This document shows, piece by piece, positions 1-14,959 of a stretch of 64,000 nucleotides of DNA. This DNA comes from Octopus vulgaris (Eukaryota), in contig OX597814.1 in the NCBI GenBank assembly GCA_951406725.2, positions 43,834,001 to 43,898,000 of the forward strand. The letters are read 5' to 3'. The translations under genes were made by a program, and so were the position numbers. The first letter of the stretch is position 1; each line of letters starts with the position of its first letter. The notes below the pieces were generated by a model. The model saw only the letters and a list, made by a program, of their open reading frames with translations. It had not been told where the DNA came from and searched no databases.

Positions 1-1559
1 TCGGTCAAATAAACGCTTTGTGCCATTAAGCTACGAACATCACTTAATTGTGTATTGCATATATCATTTCTTGTGTAAAACCATAACGTGTCTTATTCCT
101 TTCGATTTTACAAAGAGTGTTGTGGACTGAAATCTTCTGGAGCAATAGCTTATTTATGCTCCATAGTATTTTCATGATATGTATGCTATACACGGCTACA
201 TACGCTCTCATTTACACAAGAAGCGGTCACTGCTGTTTTAGCGCACATTATAACTACTATAGTTATACGAATATAGTTTGCTATAGTAGTTATATAAATA
301 CAATAGATATACAAAGTGTGGGGATTAATTCAAAAGTTGCTGACAGGAAACCATCACACCAACGACAAAACAAAACAATACCTAAAATTTAAACCATCCA
401 GAAAATAATAAACTTTTCGGTATCATCAGTACAATATGCCACGGTTAAATAAGTCAACGTAGGTATAACCACATTGCAGGAAAAGGAGCTGGCACATACT
501 GGCACATGAAAAGTGTATTAACGTTCTTTCTGTTGGCAGAAGTATTATAACGGTCAGCCTTTCCAAAGTATCTCCCTCCACAACAACGTCAACGAAATTT
601 GCCGTAACACATGGACGATAACTGCATACTCAAAAATGTTCCATGAGGTGAAGCAGCTTTCGAGAAGAGGATCCACTAACCATCTGCGTTTTCCCTAGAA
701 ATACCACCGTACATGTTACAACAAATCAGTAGCAACATGGAATTCTGAGAGACACTTGCATGTGACCAAGTCAAGTGGAGGAGTGAGTATCTTCAACTGG
801 AGACCAAAAGAAAAGACGAAAATCTGATCGTAAATACTGCACGAAACCGGACACATTGAGATGAGCAGAGCTGTACCAATGACTATATGTGATAAAATGT
901 AGGGCATATACATTTGTGTGTGTATACTTATGTATGCGTTCATGAATGCGAATGTATGCATATACTTATGTATATGTAGTTTATTTATATATATACATCA
1001 ATGTCACTGTCTTATCAACATTACAGAATTATATTTCAGAAATCACGAGCTGTGTTAATTTATATCGGTGTCACTGATAAGGAACGCAAGGAGATATTTT
1101 GAGGAGGAACAGAAGATAAGTAAGAAGTAGTAAGCTAGCGGTGTGGAGAAGTGAAGCAGTAGAAAGTGTAACAATAAAAGTACAAGTGTAGCAGATTTTG
1201 TAAGGAGTATCAAAAAGAAGAGACTTTTTGATACGATACATAAAGGGACGTATTTAGATCAATTCAAGGTTGAAGGAGTGGTAAGAAATAATATAATAAA
1301 ATCCGGGAGAGGAAAGGTGGAGAGGAGGGCAAGGAGAGGACCAAATAAGGAAGATGATAAAACAAAAGAATAGGTAAACGTGGGTGGAGTATATAGATCA
1401 ATGTAATTGTTTCATATAAATAAAGGAATGCGTGATCAGTAATAAGAATCATAATAATTTCGGTTGTAGATAGGTTGAAGAGTAGACATTATCCGGAAAG
1501 ATAGAAGACAAAATTTACCTCCGCAATCCCACATTGAACGATTCAGAGGATCCACTGCT

Positions 1560-3200
1560 CAAGTATTCTAAACTAGGCACACACCTGTAATTTTAGATAA
1601 GAATTTTAGAAGTGAATCAATATATTGGAGTGGAGTGGTATGTGTAAAGTGAGTTGTGTTCTTCTATTGGGTATCTGACCTATACAGTACATGTTGTGGC
1701 GATGATTCATTTTATTTCACATTTGCTATGATTTGATAATTTCTCCACTTCTCTTTCAGCAATATTTTAGTCAATACGGACTACAATGTCTCGCAGTAAA
1801 CAGATGCTTTTTCCTAATTTTTGACTATTAAGTCTGAGTGATTAGCTTTGAATTCTTTGTCAGTTTGAACAGGCATATAACAAGTCATTGTGACATGGTC
1901 ATTGTTATCCACCTTTTCGCACATTTTTATAACATTTCTTGATAGATTTTATGTTGCAGTGTTGGCATATTGTTCAGTGGATATATATAAATTCAGAATT
2001 GGCTACGATTAAACAGCCAGAGACGATGCACTCAACTGTCTCATTGTGCCGGTTGTACATTTGACATTTGGAGTTTGGGCCTGTTTTCGTAAATTTGCTT
2101 TTATAGTTGTTTGTGGACTGACATTGGTCTTGTGCAGCGAGAATCAATGCTTCCACTTCTGCTTTTAATCCAGAGCTTTCGAGCCATGGTTGGCTTTAGT
2201 TTGAGCTCACCTCTCTGTCAGACTTTGGAGGGTATTGGCCATAGACTGATTTTTCACTCCATATACACTTTAGTATGATTTTTGAATTTCTTTGTAATGT
2301 TACTTTTGTCTCTCTGACCATTTCTGCTCTGTTGTCACCTGAGATCAGGTCTTCGGTGTAGTTCGTTACTTATTTTAAATGTTTCGCCTCCATGTCCATA
2401 GAGAAAAGCGTTTTCTATTTATTTTTTGTTGGGTTGCTTTATAACATACAGTCGCTAACATTTTATTTTATTTCTTTATATTTTTCTAGTCCAGCTATTG
2501 CTATTTATTGTAGTTTTCTACAGTCTGCGAGCTACTTCTGAGTGGAGTAGATATATTGTGTCTTTGTCTGCTTTGGGATGGTGACTTCGGCATGATTTTT
2601 CAATTTTTCTTAATTTACTAAACTTCAAATTTATAATGTAGAAGCCGTTCTTTATGTTTGGCATGGCTAGCGTATTTGCACTTATTATAGTATTTTCAGC
2701 AGAGTTCAGTGTTTAATATTAGTCTAACTCTTCTGTTTGTCTAATATTTTCTCTTTCATTTCTGCGTGTTTCATTTTAGATATTTCATCTATTCCTACAT
2801 ATATGGAATTGTGGTATAATTCTCTAATTTCTTCTTTCAATGCTGATTAATCTGCATCTTCTCAATGTCACTTTGGTATATTTCTCGAATTGTATTTCGT
2901 CCTAGCGTCCTGGCTGAAATTACCTTCAATTTTTAGGACCTTCTATTCAGTGGTATATTTAAGGAACATTTTAAGTCATTCATATATAGGAGGCAATCTA
3001 TAGTTTGTCCATAGTCTTTGTATCCTATACAGGTTTCACTTAACAAGCTTGTTAGTGGGACCAGAGCAAAGCCGAAAAGCAATGAGAGAAAATGTGCCTC
3101 CTTGAAAAATTTCTCTTCCTATACGGCAGGTTTGTGATTCCTTTTTCAGTGTTGTACTTGTTGAAAGATTCCTATTCTTGTGGTTGTAAGTTAAGTGTAT
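1560..3200 (-). mobile_element. Decayed non-LTR retrotransposon, R4/Dong-like (RLE clade), C-terminal region
   Basis: ORF 1974..2156(-) EALILAAQDQCQSTNNY...KC...ETVECIVSGC...EF matches the R4/Dong 'AAQDQ...CxxC...ETxxHIxSGC' zinc-knuckle region. Downstream 'PVQTDKEFKAN' resembles the lead-in to the RLE RPD motif. Boundaries approximate. Confidence 0.7.
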
Positions 3201-3899
3201 TATATTTTTTAAGTCCTAGTCTATAAAATATTAAACTGACCCCTGGTGGGACCTGGTCGTTGATATGGGTAACATATTTACTTTCCTTTGCTGGTAGCTT
3301 TAATAGACTCGATGGAAGAGTCGGTGATTGTGTCACCTTACCAATTCAGGATGAAATATTAAAAAATTTATACGACAGTGACTCTGAGATTGGATCTTCA
3401 AGAAAAGCACCCTCGTGCGACAAGTGTCGATTTGTAGAGCAACACAGATACGGTTGTTACCCCTGCACTGCTACAAACTTGCTAAAAGAAGAAATAAAAT
3501 TATGCATGGAGTATAGCTACAGAAAGAGTGAGAGAATGATGACTTTTAGATCAACATATATCACATCATGAGAAAACAGTATCAATTTTATATGGAACTG
3601 GATTAAAATGTCAGGACAATGAAAGACGGCCATTATGTTCACATATAAGGGGCAGTTTAACAAGGCATACAGAAAAATAAATGAATCAGCAGGGGAATGT
3701 AGCATTAGTAACAATGATAATCAGGTTTACTTCATGAAGAGAATTGATATTACAGAGGACGAAAGGATTTCACTTCAACTTTAACAGGAACCGAAACTGA
3801 AGAACTATCAAATGCAATAAGTAAAGGGAGAGTAGGATCTGGTTGCTAAAATCAAGGATAAGTATATTACACGTGCAAATAATCCCATGCATCGTGCAC

Positions 3900-5400
3900 T
3901 CTCCGTTTCTGTGGTTCTTGTAAAATATTCTGAAGCTGTATGTCGAACAGAAAAACCTTCGGAGACGCATAGTGGAAACAGAAACTTGTGGACTATGATG
4001 AATAGCGTCAGAAAGTTCTTTCAAATATAAATGCTCTACTTGAGAAGGTAGAAGTCACAAAAATGCAGGAAAAACATGAGAACGACTCACAAAGGTACAA
4101 CATCAGACATAGAATATCAGAGACACTGAACTAAAGATGAAAAATAAATGAATGTGAATATTAGTAAAGCTTTTGCATACGCACAAATAATAAATCAATA
4201 TTAACAGAATATAATGTTTAGCAACAATAAGATGAAATTTCAACAAGAGCTTAAGAAAGATGTATATCAGGAGAATGATATGCTACATGCTTAAGTTACA
4301 AATAGCTATAGCTCATGTGTGGGACCAGAAAGTTCAATACAAAACAATAAATATCCGTTAAAGCAGTTTAAAAAGTAAATAAGACAACACAAGTGAAGAT
4401 AAATATGAGAAAAGCACCATTTAAGAAATATCTAGAAATATAGAGGAAGATGTTTCAGAAGGACCTGTTCTTTCACTACTTATAGTGTTTGCCTTGATTC
4501 CTTTGACAAGCTTACTGAGAAAATCTAAGACTGCTTATGAGCTTTCTCAGACCGGATAGATGACATCGAAACAGAGGAAAACCTGAAATGCATTAAATAT
4601 TTTTTTGTAACGTTATTTAGCAAGAATATCGCTGTGCGGTTTGGGGACAATAGGCGTGTGATACGATTAAGGTAGTTCGAAATCTAAAATCTTATGGAAG
4701 AAAAATATATATAAGTAGCAAAATAAGAGAGATTGAATGATGTAGGACCTTAGATTTCTTGCACAGAAGGATCTTACGATGTAAAATGAGAAAGTCCCCA
4801 AAGAACATGAGAAGATTGAGAAGATGCTTGAAACAGAACTAACAAAAGGCAACCGATACATTAACCAGCCAGTGCTGAGTTACTGTGATCCTTTTTTTAA
4901 GTTGGTCAGTCACAGAAATGCAGAATTATATAGAAATAGGAAGTAATTCATAATTTATAAATAACAGAGCCTATGGAGTAATATCCATAGGCTCTGTTTA
5001 CCAAGTAACTCATAAGCCAGTGTTTCCTTATATGGAAAATACACCATCAATGCTGCAAGTTTGGGTTCGAGCCATTGACAGTGAGGTATTTCAAGAGTGG
5101 AAACGAATGAGGAAATAACTGACATGACATTGGTCATTATGGCCAATAAACTTAGGACTTTGGAAATAAAGAATGATGGTTTTACTGAGAGATGAAAACA
5201 TGAAATTTAACATGGAATCACCGTTTATAGCGACTCGAGAATATGCCATTAACATTAATTTTATGAAGATAAATATTGATTAAAGTTAAAAGGGCAAATG
5301 CAGAATGTGAGGGGAAAAAGAACAAAAACTTAGCTATAATCAAATTGAGTGCAATAATCTAGTACTAAAAATGTATAAATATATGATGGTATTGATACAA
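3900..5400 (+). mobile_element. Heavily decayed R4/Dong-like LINE RT fragment
   Basis: Near 4443-4545 the sequence reads across frameshifts as RxMFQxD..SLL..FALIPLTSLLRKSKTAYE, like RT domain 4 'GIFQGDSLSPLLFxxALIPLT'. The rest is too decayed to align by eye. Confidence 0.45.
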
Positions 5401-5806
5401 ACGTGGGCTGCGTTATTAATCAATTCAATATATTTGTGAAGTGAAAATATGCTACAAAAATGAGACAGGTTCACATGTTAAATGATAATTACAAGGTAGA
5501 AACAAGGGGACTAAATGCAATCTTGAAAGCAGAAAAGAACAAACAGAATATGATCATTAACTTTTCAATCTCATATACTAGAAGGAATATTAAGGTAACG
5601 AGAAAATTGTAAAACATGAAAACGTAACCGAAGAGCTGAAAAGCATATAATCCAGAAAGCCTAATCTTCACATATACTCCAGTTATTCTCTTTGGCTTTT
5701 TTATGAATCAGTTCTCTATGGAAGCCAGTACTTGTGTGCGAATTTGTGACTGGATTTAATCTACTTAAATATAGATATATACATAGATTAATAAATAAGT
5801 ATATAA

Positions 5807-5807
<1 letters not shown>

Positions 5808-5846
<39 letters not shown>

Positions 5847-5847
5847 G

Positions 5848-5887
<40 letters not shown>

Positions 5888-5941
5888 CAGATAGATAGAT
5901 ATATGTTAGATAGATAGATACATACATACATACATACATAT
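5808..5941. repeat. (AGAT)n followed by (ACAT)n microsatellite
   Basis: Directly visible tandem repeats. Confidence 0.95.
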
Positions 5942-7519
5942 GCACAAATGCAGTTATAACAGTATAATCGTCCAAAATAAACATATTGTACTAGTATTTA
6001 TCAATGGTGAATGAGAAAAATTCCAAAACACTTTGAGTTTAACTCATTCCATGTTTATTTTAAGGCTTTTATCAAATCTCTGTGGACTTTATATAGTAAT
6101 GAGTTTCAAGAATGGAATCATTATATACACAACTCCCTTATGAGGTGTATGTGAACTTATGAATTATATGTGAATACATCAGTATCTTCAGAAACATCGT
6201 AGACTTACACGTTTTCCATTCTGCCTTCTTTCATTTCTTCTTTTAGATTCGATAATATTAGTCACTCATTATTTATTAATCACTCACTCCTCCTAAAATC
6301 CATTAAAGATAACCTTTGCCCAATATTTCGTCTGTAGGAATGATATTTGCTTTGGCACATACATTGTTGATTTGACTTTTTGCTATTTCGAAGGATACAG
6401 GAATTTTATGGTTATAGCTTGGTAAATTATGCCATCACGAAAAAAAAAAATTTTAAATACCAAATGAACTCTCCATGGGGACACTATAACTGTATTAAAA
6501 TCGAATCTTACTGATGACTTTTTGATAACATCACTACAAAATTTCAATACAAATATTTATCTATTACGAACGGAATGCTACTCTCTTAAATGTTACGAAG
6601 CATTTACACACACACACAAAATATAGCTTATAATTCAAAAACCTACGCTATTCTGATCTTTTAGCCTCATCAAATCTTTACATTTCTCCGTGTGTTTGTG
6701 TGTGCGTCCTTTCTTGTCGTAGCAAAAATGAACACCGTATATATTTATAAAACAGATAACAGTTGTATATTCAAACGACTACATTAATGCCCAACTCATT
6801 TCATGGCATCTTTTATTACTATAAAACAAACGTCAGTATAATCTATACCGTACCTAGTGATCAAATTGTTTAAATTAATATTGACGTTGATATTACAGTT
6901 TCAACACAGGTATACGTACCGAATACATAAAAAAGATATTCTTGAATGTGCACTTATACGATTCGCAGACTCGTCCCCACATGTCGCCTTTCCTCTTCTC
7001 TTCACACATCGTTATTTACCTCATGTGTTTTATATCCTATTGTAGCTCCCACCAATAAAAGCCTCCTCCTTTTGAATATTTTGCCACATTCTTGAAGCTG
7101 TCTAATATGTGAATATTTTCATTCTATTATGATCTCCAAAAATATCTACAGATAACACTCAGGAACTACTTTCCACCTGCGAAGAGTTTTATAAGATTTA
7201 AGCAATTGAAATGTATGTTTTATAGATAATTTTATTTTACTTAGAAGTACGGATGACTTCATCATATGATAAATTATATAGAATATATATGAGTGCACGC
7301 AAGAATATTGGCGTTTACGTGTGTGTGTTTGCGTGTACGTTGGTTTATACCTGCTTTCATGATATATCTGTGCGTTTAATATACGAACACCATCACAATG
7401 TTCTAAATGGAGGTGTAAAAAAAAGAAATTACTGATTGTAGTGTTCTGAAATTTCTTGATAATATCGAAATGAAAAAGAAAAAGAACAAGAAAGAGTTAT
7501 ATCAGCACTACTATATATA

Positions 7520-7627
7520 CGTATATATATGGTTATATATGCGCGTGTGTGTGTGCAAGTGCGTGTGTAATTTGGCATACGTTTGAGTGCGCGTGTGTAT
7601 TTATATGCATGTATGTATGTATATATA

Positions 7628-7683
<56 letters not shown>

Positions 7684-7692
7684 TACATATAT

Positions 7693-7747
<55 letters not shown>

Positions 7748-7880
7748 CGGGTGCACGCGCACACACACTTACATACACACGCGCGCACGCACACATATAT
7801 ATTTATATATTATATATATATAAATGTACTGAGAGAGAGAGGGAAGAAAGAGAGAACTAGTGCGGAGTGAGATTGATAGG

Positions 7881-7955
<75 letters not shown>

Positions 7956-7970
7956 TGATAGATAGATACA
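7520..7970. repeat. Compound (AT)n/(AC)n/(AGAT)n microsatellite field
   Basis: Directly visible. Produces the YIYI/LSIY artefact ORFs. Confidence 0.95.
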
Positions 7971-8906
7971 TAGATTTCAACAATAACCAGCAAACGTGTT
8001 TATGCTCGTTAGTATATTGTATTTTTTGTATATACATTATATATACCCTTTAACCTGGGAATGTTTCAATAAATAAACATGTATAGAATTGGTTCACAAA
8101 GAATAATTAGATGTCAACCCGGATGTTATTTTTTTAAACATCAATCACGATATACAGCAAATTCCAAAATATGTGAATAAAAGCTGTTATCAATATTGCA
8201 ATATATGACCTAGCTATCGACATACTCCAGTCAGTCCTATATTTAATTACATTACATTATCTATACACTTTTTAATTGTTGTGCGGCTGCTTTATTAATC
8301 TTTTCATTATTCAAAGCAAACAAATTTGTATGCTACAGAAAATTCTATTCGATAATCAAATATTTGATAGAAAAAGAATATTACGAAGTTAATGTCAAAT
8401 CTTTTGTCATGAAAATATCTTTAATTTATAATCAATAACGTTTCAGAATCTAGCAAACGATGAGAAGTAATTAAAAAAAATGAATTAAGATAATTAGTTA
8501 GAAATATAATTAGAAGTATAACAACTAAAGCAGAACAATGAGTTTAGGTCGAATTGACACTTTAGAACATGTTATTGTATACATCTGCAGGTTTACGTTC
8601 TTTCGCATTTTATATGTATTCCTTGTTGCAGATTAATTTGTTTGGGGAATATGCAGTCTCTCTCGTTCACGTATTTCGTTAAAATTTCATTGAATGACGA
8701 GGTACATTAAAACCGATATTGTTTATTAAGTATTGAAATATTTGCATAGACACCACTTATGAATAAGTATTGAATACTCATGCTCACATACAGACACACT
8801 TACACAAACAGACACATAAACAAACACACATATGCTCACTCACAGCCACACACAGAAACACAAACATATACACATATACGTATATATACACATACACATA
8901 CATGAT

Positions 8907-8950
<44 letters not shown>

Positions 8951-8957
8951 TACACAA

Positions 8958-9009
<52 letters not shown>

Positions 9010-9062
9010 ATTTAAATATTTGTTGTGCAAGATTTTTTATGTGAAGTCCTGTGTTGAAACAG

Positions 9063-10148
9063 ATATTGTTATATTTCGGAATGGTCATTTTGCCAGTTTA
9101 GCCAATAAAAACACACGCACTATATAGTTGGTGTTATTTTGCTTCAGTTTTATTTATTTTTTACATTAATCTTAATCTTATTTCGGCCAGAGTTCTTTCA
9201 TGACACTCCTGTGACCACATCAGTGGTCCTTTGTTTTCTTCTTTCTTATTTGTAGAAATGTAGTCTATAGTATAAAATGTACAGAGGGACGATGCAATAA
9301 CAAGACAACGACATACGAAGGGGAAACGGCAAGAAGCATAGGAGAGCGGATAAATGAAGTTTGGAAACAACTCAAGGAAGGTAAAAGCTCATCGATTCTG
9401 TACCAACACGCCGAACAGGAACACGAGGGATCAATCAATAACATAGAAATTAAAATATTGTCCACACATAGAACAGATGCAACAATTAGACAAATTACAG
9501 AAGCTACACACATAATAGAGAATAAACCTAGCCTGAATAGAAAACTAGAATGGAGCACTAGCACACACCACAACATATGACGATAGAGGTTCCCGAAAGC
9601 ATAATAAATACACAGATAAATAAACAAATAGAAATAAATAACTATATATATTTTTTTTCGATTCGAATTATTATCATTATTACTAGTATTGTTGTTATAC
9701 ATACATACATACAAGCATATGTAATGATAATAATAAGTGGGTGTAAACACATGAACAAAATAAGAATAAACAAAAACAACAACAACAAAAACAAAATACA
9801 AATTACATAAACGTATATAAACAGAAGATACAAATATTACAGGCATCCCCCCACATACACACACTAAATAAACGTAGACGCACATAAAGATATACGCATG
9901 CGCAAATGAAGACATACAATAGAAATACAAAATGGCTGACGGTTAGTAAGGAGAGACACAAATAAGAAAGAAGAAAACAAAGGACCACTGATGCGGTCAC
10001 AGGAGTGTGATGAAAGAACTCTGGCTGAAATAAGATTAAGATTAATGTAAAAAATAAATAACACTGAAGCAAAATAACACCAAATATATAGTGCGTGTGT
10101 TTTTATTGGCTAAACTGGCAAAATGACCATTCCGAAATATAAAAATAT
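9063..10148 (+). mobile_element. 5'-truncated Penelope-like element (possibly Naiad-type) with an inverted copy of its 3' end
   Basis: Inverted repeats of about 190 bp (9063-9253 and 9958-10148) enclose a stop-free GIY-YIG frame and its 3' UTR. Confidence 0.85.
9254..9580 (+). pseudogene. GIY-YIG endonuclease domain of a PLE (no start codon; absent from ORF track)
   Basis: Translates as RNVVYSIKCTEGRCNNKTTTYEGETARSIGERINEVW...ILYQHAEQEH...TIRQITEATHIIENKPSLNRKLEWS...*. It has the VVY/YEG pair, the catalytic R and E, and the terminal N. Confidence 0.88.
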
Positions 10149-10235
10149 ATATATATAATATATATATGTGTGTGTATGTTTGTGTATGTGTATATGTGTG
10201 TATATATGCATGTGTACATATATATATATATATAT

Positions 10236-10340
10236 ATAATAAATATTAGGGAATAAATCCAAATTTACAGGGAAAAAATCAGATTTAGGATTAAATCCAA
10301 TTTTATAGTAAAATATTATATAATATTATTAGAGACAAAA
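10236..10340 (-). repeat. Fragment of the PLE-end family present at 23857-23960
   Basis: Reverse-complement match to ttttgtctctaat...ctaaatctgattttttccctgtaagtttggatttattccctaatatttatt. Confidence 0.75.
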
Positions 10341-10367
10341 TATATATATATATATATATATATATGC

Positions 10368-10416
<49 letters not shown>

Positions 10417-10618
10417 CATGTATGTATATACATGAACGTGTTGATGTTAAGTAATAACAAATATAATTTCACTTTGAACTAAAAGCTTTTTTGTTGCGTA
10501 CAAATTTATTATTTTGTATCAAGAATACTTCAGTTTCTGGCAGCTAAGCCATCATCTGCCCAATGGCACATTAGCTGACCAAATCTTCGAAGTTATTATC
10601 AATATTTTCCTTGTTCAG

Positions 10619-10671
<53 letters not shown>

Positions 10672-11467
10672 TATATATAAATTCTTTTTTGTGTATTAAG
10701 TCTGCCATTTGTTTTGAATTTAAGACAAATCATAATACCTTATCTTCTTAACATGAAGCGAATAGTAGCCTTGTTAGAAAAATAAGGAAACTTGATCCAA
10801 CAATGCTCTGTTGAGTACTCATTCTGAATATTCGGTATTTACACACACACACACATACACACATACACATACATACACACACACACACACACACATACAC
10901 ATATATATATATGCATATATATAATATGCAGTATCACGTTCAAGTTTCTATGCGGGTACATTTGTTGAACAACTTCGTATTACGCAGATGCAGCTGCAAA
11001 CAATCAGTAAATGTGGAAATGTCCAATGCAGAAAGAAAGGAAGCAGATGTTTGTTACGTTATCAGGGACATTTTTGTTCTTTTTGCAATATCCGCACTTA
11101 CGAAGAGCCTAACGTTTTGGGATTTTTCAAGATATATAAGAGAATATCATTAAGTGCGCAGAACTCTGATAAAAACTACCCAAGGACCCTACTTAATTGC
11201 AATTACAAACGAAATGCAAAAGGAGCAAATCATTAAAGTGAAGTGTGAAAAATGCTGTTAATATTCACTAAATGTTCTTTAAAATATTATTCCACATACC
11301 ATACCTAATTTCTCCTTACCTTCTACCGCGGTAATTTCCCTCTTAAATTTTCTCCATATACAACATATAAACATCTACATATATATATGCACCCATATAT
11401 GCATATATACCCATATATACTCTCGTGAGAGAACGAGAGTATGTGTGTGTGTGTGCATGTATATTCA

Positions 11468-11536
<69 letters not shown>

Positions 11537-12759
11537 TCCATATACATATGCATATATGCAGTTATATATGTGTGGTTTATATATGTGTTTTTGTGTGCAT
11601 GAGGTTTGCGTATGTGCGCTCGTGTGTATATGCATGCATAGCTGTCTACACGAATTTTTGTATATGTGTGCAATAGTAAAATATTGGTGCGAGTTATACG
11701 CCTCTTTTTCTCCCCCGCATTTTTTTCTATTCCTACTCATTACGAAGCAAAAGCATCAGTTGAAACATATTTTATGACGAATCCTCAAGGTGAAATATAA
11801 TTATCGCTGCATACTTACTGATATATTTTATGATCAATTCTCGCAAAAGATACAGCCATCTCTACATTCATATATATAATATATGTGTGAACTGGGGGGG
11901 GGGGGGATGTAGTGCGAAATAAGTGTTTCTAAAAATATTCCTTTTGCAGATTATTTAGTTTTAAAATAGCAAATTTATGACATTTTTTTCTATCGACTTC
12001 GATCATTTTATCCTTCTTTGGCAAATGAACATAAATAAAATACTCACACACTAAAAAACATGCAAAAATTCAGAGAAAATAATACGCTTAACTGAAGAAC
12101 TGTGATGACTTTGACTACGTTCACTTTGTTGATATATTAACGCTCAATATTGCTAAAGAATGAACATTACTATTTGCATGGAATAAGTTGTGAAAAGTAA
12201 CCTTAATGAAATGGCTATTTGCTGAAAATATTTTCAGCTACTAAGTAAATATGTGTACAGAGAATTACCATTATTAAATAACGGAATACGGTATAGGTTT
12301 TGGTGAATTCTGCAACCATAAATATTGATTTCTATTGATGAATTACCTGGAATATTTGCGGCACAATCTACAGAATAGAACTAGGTTAGTACTGGTCCTT
12401 AAATATAAATAAATTGCTATGTTATAACGTATTGTTAAGTCTGCTGGGTTTGGAAAAGTTAGAAAATGTTGCTTCGAAACAACTTTAGATAATTGCATAA
12501 ATGTATATGCACATATGGGTAAATGTGTGTGTGAGGGGCGGGGTACGCTGAATTTTTATGTGCCTGCATGTGCAGGTGGAGAATGAGAGAGTAAAATTAA
12601 ATACAGACAGACAAGTAAGATATCCGATACAAGGGAACTGTTTTTTTAATCATCTGCTGACTGAAGTCGAAGTGAATTTCGGCACATTATCAATACAGTT
12701 GCTATTTAACATCCGACTACTGTGATAGTGCATGCACACTAGTGTACCAAAAATAAACG

Positions 12760-12817
<58 letters not shown>

Positions 12818-13224
12818 AAAATATTTAAGTTGGGTGAAGAGAAATTTACCTCATGTGGCTATGATAAAAAATATTGGACGAAGAGGCGAAAACTTTTAAG
12901 CAGTGAAGTCTTTTCACCAGAGAAAATGGAAGGAACAAATTAGGATAGAGTAAAATGTCTCGCCAAGGGAAAATAAGAAGAGGTAGCTGGAGGCTAATCA
13001 CTGAAAAGAGAGACCGGTTAGGCAAAGTAAAGGTTAGCTGATCCAAGATAAGAAACGATGAATATATACAATTGTGAAGTTAGTGTAGAAAATTAAGCAG
13101 GGAGAGAGTAAGGGTTATAACAGAAAAGCATAGGAGAGGGAACAAGAGTATAAAGAAATAGAAATCTGAAAGACAGATACTGAAAGTATCAAAATGTTGG
13201 TCTCTGAAGGAGAGATATATTTAC

Positions 13225-13460
13225 CTATTTCTTTACTACCCACAAGGAGCTAAACACAAAGGGGACAAACAAGGACAGACGAACGGACTAAGTCGATTAC
13301 ATCGACCCCAGTGCGTGACTGGTACTTATTTAATCGACCTCGAAAGAATGAAAAGCAAAGTCGACCTTGGCGGAATTTGAACTCAGAACGTAACGGCAGA
13401 CGAAATGCAGCTACGCATTTCGCCCGACGTGCTGACGTTTCTGCCAGCTCGCCCCGCCTT
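13225..13460 (-). mobile_element. tRNA-derived SINE, family A (GGCGGCGAGCTGGCAGAA head)
   Basis: Pol III A/B-box-like head (TGGCAGAAACG; GAGTTCAAATTC) and central CTTTCATxCTTTCGxGGTCGATTAAATAAGTACCAG. TSD aaggagag(ag)atatatttac at 13207-13224 and 13462-13481. Confidence 0.9.
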
Positions 13461-14959
13461 CAAGGAGAGAGATATATTTACAGTTTAGGGATTTTTTAGA
13501 GTAGTGTTACGGTCTAAAAAGCATGGAAATTTATGCACAGAATTTACATACGACAGGCCCCCACCACACAGCTGCATACATACAAACACATATATCCAGG
13601 CATAATTGCACACATATTGACACATATACAAGCAATACATCATAAACATATATCTCTGTGTATATGTATGTATGCAAAACTTTTAGATTGTTTCAATTAA
13701 AATACACTAAAACTACATGTATGGGTGTCTATGTGTGTGTGTTTGTGTGCGTGTATGTACATCACTTACAATAATATTCCATCGCTCACTCACTAAGCAA
13801 TAGTGACCTAAGATTTCATAACAATGTATTCTGACCATGGTGAAATAAACTTAGTGCTTTTCAGATGTTAAAGGTCCCTGTTGAGTTTTGAGCTAAGGCT
13901 TACATTGCTACTGAGACAGTATTGATATAGGCTGCCAAAGAAATCAGTGTACTAGACCTATAGTATTTACGTATTGATTGCAAGCCACAGGAATGCATAG
14001 ACCAACTAGAATTAAGCCCCAAGCCCTGTGAGCCCTCCAGGCCACTGGTAACTGTGCCCCTACCTGAAGATGGCACTGTTAAGGCCTTATTATTTCTCAA
14101 GTAACATTGATCAGGATGCTCTTATTTCATGATGATCAGAATCTTTGATTTAGATACATATTTTTAGTGTAGTCTTTGATGAGTCATGTTTCAAATATTT
14201 ATTTATAGTCAAGCAATTGTTGTTCTTGTTTGTTTATAAGTCTTAATTGACTCAACATTGCTTATTATTACATCATTGCAACATCAAAACTCCTCTTAAT
14301 TTCTGTTTAATTTCCTCTTTTGTTTTCCATTTGTTGTTGTTTCTTTTTTACTTTTAATCCCCACCAGGGTATGGTTGTAGTAGTGACGTGTGTGTAGAAA
14401 GCATTAGGGAGGTGGGTGTCAGATACATAGAATATTGACCAAGATGTGGTACTCAACAGCAGTTTCTACTTTCAGTAATCTCGTAGCTGTCAGACTTTCT
14501 CTTTACATAAAGGAATGTACACACATATATGCATGTATACACACATGTATATGCATATAGATACATCAATACACAGTCACACACCTACATATATACACAC
14601 ATGATTACACACGCATACATATGCACACATACCATTGACTGAACTTTTAGTTATCAGTGCTTGAAGGGCAGAGGCAATCCTCACCTTTCACAGATATTCC
14701 AAGACTAGTGTAGTGAAGCGATGACAAAATATAGAATCAGGTAGTAATGTTATACTGGTTAACAGTTGTGTATATTCCACGCTTGGTGAAACTGATGATA
14801 AAACTGATAATATATCATTCTAGCACATTATTTCCACCCCTTTCTCATTCTTTTCCAATCCATGTATCTCCCCTACAGTAAAACACCTGTTCCTATCTCT
14901 ATTTCATAATATCTCATTGCCCAGTGTAAAGCCACTTCCCTCGATACGACTCCGCCTCC

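Noticed and set aside
1050-1560. Purine-rich tract, possibly a decayed PLE 3' end (similar case at 12835-13200)
   Set aside because: Only faint motif similarity (TLQP-like; CTGGTGA at about 12915). Too decayed to support a call.
9265-9930. 221-aa hydrophobic minus-strand ORF
   Set aside because: It is the antisense shadow of the A-rich GIY-YIG region and UTR.
9900-9950. Possible SECIS (ATGA...AAA...TGA) in the 3' UTR of the putative Naiad element
   Set aside because: Helix II pairs for only about 4 bp, far short of a SECIS stem.
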